Shown here: positions 53,712 through 64,000 of the stretch, piece by piece
Layout of the letters: every line of letters starts with the position of its first letter
Position numbering within the stretch: position 1 is the stretch's first letter
Source of the DNA: the human T2T-CHM13v2.0 reference genome, Homo sapiens
Assembly: GCF_009914755.1 (NCBI RefSeq)
Contig: NC_060944.1
Reading direction: 5' to 3' (one strand)
Length of the DNA stretch: 64,000 nucleotides
Translations under genes and position numbers: made by a program
Notes under the pieces: model-generated
Seen by the model: only the letters and a program-made list of their open reading frames with translations
The model's database searches: none
Told to the model about the DNA's origin: nothing

Positions 53712-54163
53712 TGTTGTGCTGGACCCCTGTTAACTTCAGAAGGGATGGCACCAAGTTCAGGAGGCCGAAGAAGAGACCCAGAACCAAGAAATGAGATACA
53801 GGATTTTATTAGTGGGAAGCTTACAAACAGGGCAGTCCAGTGGCAGTGGGCTGGACAGGAGAACCACAGTCGCTTGCAAAAAACATGCAGTTTATATAGC
53901 AACTTAGCACCTTCCCCTTAACAACCTTCACCTGGAAACCTTTAACCCAAAACACGGGGCCTCTACGGCTTGTATGGCCCACATCCCACGGGATGGGCAG
54001 AGGGCTCCAGTGTTCCTCCTAGATAAGAAACAAACCTCTGGGTTGCCCACCCTCAGATTCCTTAGCATAAAACGCAGAACACACATTCATGTGTGTCTGT
54101 CATATGGGGTCATTCTCAGGGTATGCTTAAGCTAGGTTATTGCTGTCAAGTACATCTACCACA
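53712..54163 (-). mobile_element. ERVL-class solo LTR (LTR47-like)
   Basis: TG...CA ends. 5-bp TSD cagag at 53707-53711 and 54164-54168. Contains cattctcagggtatgcttaag...ttattgctgtca, with minus-strand TATA and AATAAA. Confidence 0.8.
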
Positions 54164-54529
54164 CAGAGATTTCAAAAGGAAAATAAAAAGTAAAGCTCTT
54201 TCTTACTGACAACTTTTGGTTAATCACAGCCACTCATTTTCACCTGACCTTAACTCCCACAGATAGTCAACAACTCTTAGAGAAGGATTTGGGATTAATT
54301 CCAACCTATTTCCATAGCAAAGAAAACATGTCAAATCTCCTAAGCAGTGGGTGAAGATGATAATCATGATTTTCAAGGAGTATTGTGTTAAATTCCTACT
54401 TTTGAAAGTTTTGCATATTATCACCTCAACAAAAGAAAATCCTAAGTCCTTCTTTAAGCTCTACAGAGTGTAAATATATTGCTCCCTTGCCCCCAAGTGG
54501 AAACATAAATGAAGGGAATTATGAATTAA

Positions 54530-54960
54530 AATTATATCAGTTATGGATGGAATAATGCTACACACACACACACACACACACAACTAAATTCACTGCCTTA
54601 GAACAAAAATAATTTACTGATATGGATAAGACTTAAGTCAGCTGGGGCATGTCTTCAGACCGGACTTTGTTGGACATGCGTGATTCAGGCTGTCACAACT
54701 AGAGTGGGCCAGGGTGTACTCAGGTGTGGGTGACTTATGCTTCTTGGACAGATGGTCTTGCCAGGGCATGTACTGCTTGTGGCAGTAGCAGAGGCAAGAC
54801 AGCAAGCAGAGGCGCGCAATGCTCAGAACTACCATGCTGACACTCATCAAGGGACGCTGGCCAAAGAAAGTCCAACTCAAAGTCAAAGGGTGGGGATGAA
54901 CAATGGCAAAGGGGTGGTTGCGTGGAAGAATGAAGAACAGAGGACATTCATTCATTCAAT
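54530..54960 (-). mobile_element. MLT1 (H-like) LTR containing a (CA)n tract at ~54560-54582
   Basis: tcagctgggg...ccagggcatgtactgc...ggccaaagaaagtc...aaagtcaaagggtgggga. Confidence 0.55.
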
Positions 54961-55188
54961 CAACTACTTCAGCTGCCATTTCTTGGCCATTCTCTGTTTG
55001 ACTCTACCGTGGAAACTAAAAGTTGAGCTCCATGCTCTGTGAGTTCTAAGCCAAGAAGAGTTAGGTTGTTTCAATCTGCTCTGCTATACTTTCATAAGCA
55101 TTGTCCCCTCTGCTGCTTAGGGCATCCTTTTTCTGACCCATCATCATAAAACTGAAGTTGCCCTCAAATTAAAATAATTATTGACTCT

Positions 55189-55728
55189 TAATCCAGTCTA
55201 TCATTGTTGGACATTTGGATTGGTTCCAAGTCTTTGCTATTGTGAATAGTGCCGCAATAAACATACGTGTGCATGTGTCTTTATAGCAGCATGATTTATA
55301 GTCCTTTGGGTATATACCCAGTAATGGGATGGCTGGGTCAAATGGTATTAAGAAAATGTGGCACATATACACCATGGAATACTATGCAGCCATAAAAAAT
55401 GATGAGTTCATGTCCTCTGTAGGGACACGGATGAAATTGGAAATCATCATTCTCAGTAAACTATCACAAGGACAAAAAAAACAAACACCGCATGTTCTCA
55501 CTCATAGGTTGGAATTGAACAGTGAGAACACATGGACACAGGAAGGGGAACATCACACTCTGGGAACTGTTGTGGGGTGGGGGGAGGGGGAGGGATAGCA
55601 TGAGGAGATATACCTAATGCTAAATGACGAGTTAATGGGTGCAGCACACCAGCATGGCCCATGTATACATATGTAACTAACCTGCACATTGTGCACATGT
55701 ACCCTAAAACTTAAAGTATAATAATAAT
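55189..55728 (+). mobile_element. Young L1PA (L1PA2/3-like), 5'-truncated with 5' inversion
   Basis: 55189-55349 is antisense and 55347-55728 is sense 3'UTR with a (TAA)n tail. TSD aataat(t/a)attgactct at 55173-55188 and 55729-55744. Confidence 0.95.
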
Positions 55729-57059
55729 AATAATAATTGACTCTAACAGAATGTAGAAAATCTTAAGCTGTGTGCAGAGTAGTAAATGCATCTTCTCTTC
55801 TTTTAGAAACTTTTCCAGGGAAGCAGATACTGTGTGTTTATCTAGGCCCAAGCTTTTCTCTCTGCAGTACTGAGCACCACAAACAGCAGCCTCTATTCAT
55901 CAGCAACTACAGAGGAATCTTCTAAATGGTGAACTAGTCAGCCAAGATGTATGGAAAAGTCCATGTGTGACTCATTTTCCAAATAGAATGTACATCATTA
56001 GAACAATGCAAATAAATTCTCACAATTGTCCCTAGTCTTGGGATATATGTGTAGAATGCGCTGGTTTGGCGGAAGAATTCAAATTAATAGATGTGACCTT
56101 CCAGTGACTTTGCCCCACATTCTCATAAATTTGTTTTATTTGCTAACAATGCTCCGGGGAGAGATACTCTGAAACTTTCCAACATGAAAACTCACAAATT
56201 TGGCATGATTTTATAATTCTAGGAGTCCATTAAAAATAAAATAAAAGCAGGATTGTAACTTACCAGGGTGCCTTTGTGTTTTGGTGAAGCTTGGAAATTA
56301 TTCATAATATATATTTTGGAATTTAAGTCCCCTATTCTTCCAAAAGCAAATTTTTTGGTGGTGTTATTAAACATCAGATAATACCCTGACAAATTGTTGA
56401 TGAATGCTGCCTGCAGACCCAGCTGTGTGAACAGCATTGCTAGTGGGAAAATGAGAATGTTTTCTGATGCCTTATGGAACCCAAGCAGCAAAACTAATAT
56501 TTCTGTGTTCATTTCTTCCTATTTTCTTCTGTTGTGCATGATATTGGAGGCACAGCAGCAGGAATTTGACAGGAAGGGAATATTTAAAACACAGACAAAA
56601 TGTCTCTGTCCTCTCTGGCATGTCGTTTCATTTGTGAGAATCTGTCAGCCACTGGCATCAGTCTTCATCTTCGGGTTCACAGTTTTGTTCACACTTCCTA
56701 AAATAAGCTAATATACTTGATACACAGCACATTAAATTCTGCAAATGGCACTTGGTTGAACTGTAATATCTAGTGAAGCTTCCCTCCCCAAATGCAAGCT
56801 GCCTGCCTTCGGGAAATCTGTTCATTTTCTTCATGTTCATTTCTAATATCTTACACAATACACTTAAAATATTCCTTGAATAAGTAAGTGATGGTTACAT
56901 TCCACCACCTGCATTCTGAAGTTTTGTCAGCCTGTTCAAAAAGCTTGGCCATGTGACGAATCACTGGAGAAAATGTTCTTACCTTTTACCTGGTGTTCAA
57001 GACTGTCAACATTCTAGCTGTGCCACGCCTATAGTCACTATTCACTGGGTGCTACTCTA

Positions 57060-57290
57060 TGAAAACAGTATTGGGTCTTGGTGTTGTCACATTTAGTCCT
57101 GGTTCAAATAACAACTCCACTTACATTGATTGTGCTTGTTTGAGAAAGTTATCAGCATCTTGCATCTTCAGTTTCTTTGTTCATTAAACAGAGACAACAA
57201 TAACAAACAGTGTATTTGGTCATTGTGAGGAATAAATGTACGACTATATGCATAACCAGTGTGTGGAACAGTTAGGTATAAATGTGGCCA
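57060..57290 (+). mobile_element. MIR
   Basis: cctggttcaaat...ctccacttac...cttcagtttctttgttcattaaa...ttgtgaggaataaatg. Confidence 0.65.
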
Positions 57291-57513
57291 TAATCAAAAT
57301 TCAATTTTGTTTGTTTTCTCTTGTCCTTTTAAAATATGCTCACTGGGAGTCATCTTCTTTTGTTCCCTATTAAGAGGAAGGTGATGGTCAAGATTTCAAG
57401 ATGGTCAAGATTTATTCAGGGAAAGAGTTACAAGACTAGTTACGAGAATATGACGCAGAGCCATCAACTCCATCTTCCAACTACAGGGAATCCATTCCGG
57501 AGTTCCACGGCTC

Positions 57514-57707
57514 TCCTTAGATCACCCGTCACTAAGCTTGGCTGAGGACCTCATCATTGTTTATTTCACAAAATTATCTCTCTAATTATCTTGACCCTTT
57601 TTATAATTTTCCTTAGATCATCCATCACTAAGCTTGGCTGAGGACCTCATCATTGTTTATTTCACAAAATTATCTCTCTAATCATCTTTGACCCTTTTTA
57701 TAATTTC
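57514..57707 (+). repeat. 96-bp tandem duplication, 2 copies
   Basis: Units start ccttagatca at 57515 and 57611. They differ by about three substitutions and one or two 1-bp indels. Confidence 0.96.
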
Positions 57708-58169
57708 TAAATGGGATAAGGGGTTCAAGAGGTATGCAGTGGTTTGGATCCTTTCCTTTGAAAATCTCCATAAAGCAGTTCACACTCATTATGGTATCTG
57801 TTACCCATTCTTTGGGCAACTCAGGGAAAAAACTAAAGCATTATCCAAACTTGTTACAACATAGCAACTTTCATTTTGTTAGTTCTCCAAAAATCTCAGT
57901 CATCATAATTAAAGTCCTCAACAACTCTAAGGGAAGACTCTTCCAGTCAGACTTTTTCATTCCTAAGCACCCATCCCAGTTCTTTTTATATTTTCCTAGG
58001 TTAAGGCTCTTTTGCTTATCCCACATTCCTTTCCCAGAACTTTTTTTCCAATTCCTCTGGGCCTAACCAAATGCTACCTGTTTCAAAACACACAACCTCC
58101 CCAAACTAAAAATCACTCCATTCATATAATAACCTGGAAGAATCCAATATTAATGACAAACTTTTTATA

Positions 58170-58510
58170 TTTCTTCAATCACCTATTTATTGAATAAACA
58201 TTAATTAAGCACTATCTAGATCACAAACATTGAGAAAAAAATAAAGACAAGACACAGACCCATGCTCCAAGGCACTTACATTCTAACTGAGAAAAAAAAA
58301 AAATGTGATTTGAACACAATGCTAGGACTGACATGACAAAGGAGCTACTGGAAGACACCTAACCAAAGGCCTAGTTAGGGTATGGCTGCAACGGGTTAGA
58401 GAAATAAGTGTCAAGGAATTCATAGAAGAGTGTTACTTGAATTGAATCTTCAAGGATAGAATGCAGTCAGCCAGATAAAATGGAGAAAAGGGTTCCAGCT
58501 AAGGAAGGCT
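58170..58510 (-). mobile_element. L2 3' fragment
   Basis: aaacattaattaagcactatc...aagacacagacccatgctccaaggcacttacattcta...attgaatcttcaaggata. Confidence 0.6.
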
Positions 58511-60016
58511 GTGTTGGCAATTAATCTATATTAATGTAGATTATCTCAAACTGCTATTGATTTTTTTTCTTTTTCTAACTTTTATTTCACATGAGAAAAA
58601 TTTTATCTCATTTCGTTCATTACAAGGATTTTCCCACTAATGGGTTTTTTTTTTCCAAAGAGAATTATAATATACGCTGTACATCTCTAGGAATGATAAT
58701 TTTATTGACCCCAAATGGGAAGGAGTTCTATAAAAAGATTCCTACAGTGTTTGATTCATGTAGTTAGTGGGCTGTGATTGAAAGCAGAAGCATGAGACAT
58801 TTTGTTTTATGGAGTGAAGGTCCATTTAGCTCACCATTATTTATCACCAGAAACCAGCACCATGCCTGAACCAAGATTGTCACTGGAGAAATATTATGTG
58901 ACTGAATAAATTAGTAGTAAGTAATTTGGCCCCTTGATGAATGCATCTGCTGAGTAGAAAATTCCGAATCTTACCTATACCTGGGTGTGTCACCTTCTCA
59001 AGCACTTAGCATAACCTGAGTATATAGCAGAACTGTATTTTCTAGCCTCATTGTAGTTAGACTGTTATAATGTGACTGAGTTACAGCCAAGAGAATATAG
59101 GCAAAATGGTGAGCATCACTTCCAGGACTGAATCATACGTCTCCCCTTTGCACAATTTTCTCTTTTCTCTTCTTACTCTGCAAGTCTATGGAGGTCACAT
59201 GTTGAAGATGATGGTGATTCCAGGTGGAAGGAACCTGGGGTCTCTGAATAACTACATAGAGGACATCCCCACCTACTCTTCCATGTCAACCAATAAGTCA
59301 TTAGAGAAAAGTAGATAATGCCTGCTCTCAAGATGATGAGGCATTAGATAATTTTGAAGCATTTAGTTTTAAAGACGTATCTTTATCCGAATGCATGATA
59401 ATGAGTATCTTTCATCTGTGGCAAATTTATTTGCCGGAGTGATATGACGTCTTCTTATCAAATAACTGCGTTCATCAAAAATGAGTTCATTTAAAAATAT
59501 TAAATAAATATGTGGATGTGATACAAATATAGATAAGACAAAAGAAAAGTTAAGGATGGAATTCCAGAAAGCATTGCATTAAAATAGTATAATTTTGGAC
59601 ATCCCTGGCTGTACTGGTCGCTGTGATGTTTGAGACCACTATTCCTGTGGGTGGGCAGAGACCTATCCTTCATGAAGAAGGTGTAGATGCCAGAGTACAG
59701 TGAGAAAAACAGAATCATACAAGGTGTTTTCACAGAATTTAATACAAGGAATTTGCTTAAGGGGTATGAGAAAATTGAAAATCTAAAGGGGACAGTGAAG
59801 CAATACAGGCATGTTAAATGCACCCATAAAAAGCAGGAGGTGCAACCACACTGTCTAGGGCTGGGGGATTACGAGAAAGATATTGGGATTACAAGAATCT
59901 AGAATCTTTAGGATGTAGCCCCATGGAGCTAGGACTCAGCTCAGAAAGGCAAGGCTGGCTTGTTCTAGTGCCTTAAAACCTTGGCAAAGGGCTCAGTAGA
60001 CATTTTACCATGCTAG

Positions 60017-60750
<734 letters not shown>

Positions 60751-60914
60751 CCAATGCTTGAATCTTCAATCATAGATTATTAAAAAGTAAGTTATAGTAT
60801 ATCCACACAAGGGAACATTGGACATCTGTAAAAAGTGGTATTACAAAAGTACGATTATTTATGTGAGGGAAAAGCAGGTTGTAAAAGGGTGTATACGCTG
60901 ATCACATTTTTCTT

Positions 60915-61225
60915 TTCTTCTTTTTCTTTTTTTTTTTTTGTTTGAGACAGAGTCTTGCTCTGTTGCCTAGGCTGGAGTGAAATGGCATTATCTAGGCTCA
61001 CTGCAAGCTCTGTTTCCTGGGTTCAAGCGATTCTCCCACCTTAGCCTCTGGAGTAGCTGGGATTACAGGCACCCACCACTAAGCCCGGCTAATTTTTTGT
61101 ATTTTAGTAGAGACGGGATTTCGCCATGTTGGCCAGGCTGGTCTCAAACTCCTTACCTCAGGAGATCCACCTGGCTTGGCTTCCGAAAGTGCTGGGATTA
61201 CAGGCGTGAGCCACCATGCCTGGCC
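60915..61225 (-). mobile_element. AluSx-like, full length
   Basis: Dimeric Alu. 16-bp TSD tgatcacatttttctt at 60899-60914 and 61226-61241. Confidence 0.96.
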
Positions 61226-62039
61226 TGATCACATTTTTCTTGGGAAAAAAAAAAAAAAAAACTGTTTATAAAAAAATGAATAAAGATGATCACTCAGTGA
61301 AGGGTTAGGAATATTTATTATCTTTCAGAAATCTATATTTACCTTTATAAAAGTAAGCATGTGTTACACAAGACACCCATTTATACTTTTTTTCTTTAAA
61401 TCAATTACTTTTTCATATTACTATGCTGGAACTATATGTAGCCATTTAGAAGCATGTTTTAAAGACATAGTTCATAAAAAAAGAAAGCTTTCATGATAAA
61501 ATATATATACTTTAAATATGTTCTTCACCATGACTCTGTTTTGTTAGTTTTTAAAAGTAAAATATTTAAGGGAAAATTAATATGTGTTGGCAATCTCTGG
61601 ATACAAAAAGCCAGGTGATTTTAATTTTTTTCCTTGTACTTTTTTAGTTTTATAGTTGTTTTCTGGAATTAACCATAGAACAAAAGAGCTAGTATTGTGT
61701 GTGTTTACCTGTGTATGAGTATGCATATATTTTATTCTAGACAATGTCCTAAATGTTTAGAATAAAACATAGCTTATGTCATTTAAATTTATTATGAGGT
61801 AGTTTCCATTTCTACATTCTTTACTTGAGTGTACTAAAGCTGAGATTGTTTAAGTGACATGTTCAAGGTCACTCAGCTAATAGGCAGCAAAGCCAGAATT
61901 TTAACCCAGATCTATAAAAACCAAAAAGCAAGACCTTAATGAATACTATAATGCTAGTATGTATATTTTTAAATCACCCTACTAAATTAACTGACCTTTT
62001 ACTCTTTGATGAGACTAAATTGAATTTACCTATATAATA

Positions 62040-62680
62040 ACATTAATTCATCCAACAAATATTTATTAAGTGCCCTACTACATTTGACACATAGTGCCCT
62101 AATAGAGAACAAAACAAAACCCACTCTGGTGGATTTTTATATTCTACTGGAAAGTCATAGAAAACAAACAAACAAATAGGTCTGACTTTGAAAAAAATGA
62201 ATGAATGAATGAATAAAACTGGGTAAAAGGCTGTCAAGTAAATATGGTGTTCTGCTTTTTCTGATGAGGTAACATTTGGATAGAGGTCTAAATGCATTGA
62301 GGGAAAAGGCAACATTGATATATTTGGGGACAGTTTTTGAAGCAAGAAGAAGATTAAATGCAAAGCTCCTGAGGTGGGATCAATAGGAATAGCACCATGT
62401 AACCAAACAGAGAGGTTGGTTCCAGGTAGGGTGCAGATGAAGTCTTATATACCCTGATAATGACATTGTATATATGAAATGGGAAGTCATCCTAGAGTTT
62501 TAAGCCTAGAAAATGTGATTATCTGGTTTATTTAAAATATATTATTTTCAATAATATGAGATTAGATTTTCCAGTATAGAAACAGAGCACGAAGGTTACT
62601 CGAAATGTCCAGATAAGAGATAATGGAGCCAGAGACTGGGATGATTCACAGTTGAAGTGTATGAAGATGTTCAGTAAGCA
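62040..62680 (-). mobile_element. L2 3' portion
   Basis: attcatccaacaaatatttattaagtgccctacta...tgcaaagctcctgaggtggga...aatgggaagtcat. Confidence 0.75.
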
Positions 62681-62992
62681 ATCTTCTTTCATTTTTTTCT
62701 AATTTAATAATATAATATCTTTAAACCTTGGATTTAGCCCTGGGGGACTTAAAATGGTAAGGATTATCTTGGGGGAGTCAGGAGGTGAAGTTAAGCTCTA
62801 GACAGCATTCTGATGGCTGTGGGTGGTGTAAAAGGTAGTACATCTGCGTCTGTTCAATTATTATACCCACAAATTCACTTCAGATGGCAAATCTACTTTG
62901 GGACTCAGTGGATATGGGCCGGGATATACAAATCTACTTAGGAACTTACCAGTTAACAACTACACATATATATCTACCATGGATAGCCATTT

Positions 62993-63345
62993 CATGAGGA
63001 CTTTCTCATATATATATATATCTCTCTCTATATATATATAGATATATATATACAGATATATATACACACATATCTATATATATAGAGAGAGATATATATA
63101 TGGACTTCCATATATATATAAATATATATGAGGACTTTCATATATATAGATTTAAATATATATGAGGACTTTCATATATATAGATATAAATATATATGAG
63201 GACTTTCATATATATAGGAATAGTACCATGTAAGATGCACCATGTAATATATAATTCATATATATGAATATATATGTGAATAGCACCATGTAATATATAA
63301 TAGCACCATGTAATATGTAATTCATATATATGCGTGTATATATAT
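62993..63345. repeat. TA-rich compound tandem repeat (34-bp unit x ~3, gcaccatgtaa x4, TA palindrome)
   Basis: atatatatgaggactttcatatatatagat(t/a)taa repeats from 63122. (g/t)(c/a)accatgtaa-type units occur at 63223-63313. Confidence 0.9.
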
Positions 63346-64000
63346 GGGTGTTAAATTTTAAATGAACTCTGCTGAACATCATCTGTAATATTTCTCTAGT
63401 TAGTAAGCTGAATAATGGTCTATTAAAAATGCACTCTATTCTCTCTTCAAACAAGAACAATTTAATGAGTGGCAGTGGATTGTTTTGCATTTGAAAAATA
63501 TTTAAGTTGACTTGCCACACTTTGATTTCAGTGCAGGTTGTGTGTTATTTTTGTGTTGTTTCAAACCACACAGGTGTCATTTCTCAAAATGATCTGGAAC
63601 ATAATTACTCATCAATGAGTAGGAAAATTTTTTCTTAGTTCTTTCTTCCTCTACATAAAGATTGACATTCATTTTCATAGAGCACAATTTTGAGGCTTAG
63701 ATTTTAAGCTTTCTAATTGCATTTGCAAATAAATGTTATGCTTCCTGTAATTGAATAATGGAAACAGGAAATGCTAGTTTATCTCAATAAGATAAGCATC
63801 ATCATTGTTTTCCTATTTTTCTGGAACCCGTAGGGCCAGATTCAGCACTTGAGGTAACCTGCAATACTCCAGCATCTCAATTAAGAAATGCTTTGAGAGA
63901 CATTATGAATATCTTCCAATTCTTATTGGTCTAGGTTGTAGATGAGAATCCTGACATCTGTTCTTTGCTGTTCTCAAAGTGCTTTTCTGTAATCATTTGG

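Overview
This is AT-rich, CpG-depleted simian-primate (human-like) genomic DNA, intronic or intergenic. Much of it is transposable elements: L1, Alu, L2/MIR, MaLR/ERV LTRs, and Tigger, mariner and hAT DNA elements. I find no intact protein-coding gene, RNA gene or CpG island. The ORFs in the track are decayed L1/Tigger1/Alu sequence, a minisatellite artefact, or chance ORFs. I cannot support a new biological system here. The most notable structures are: (1) a three-level nest, MADE1 inside a near full-length L1PA inside an older L1PA15/16, where the inner L1 has its first ~290 bp (the promoter start) inverted; (2) a mosaic local duplication of apparently unique DNA at 26.5-31.2 kb (A...A'C...C'), accompanied by a repeated 25-bp motif containing a TAATnnnATTA site; (3) a ~20 x 43-bp VNTR; (4) a ~91% identical inverted repeat plus a tandem duplication within an old L1MB; (5) a ~540-bp 5'-inverted young L1PA; and (6) several unverified candidate exons. 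Repeat subfamily calls come from my memory of consensus sequences and need RepeatMasker/Dfam confirmation. Boundaries of old repeats are approximate.
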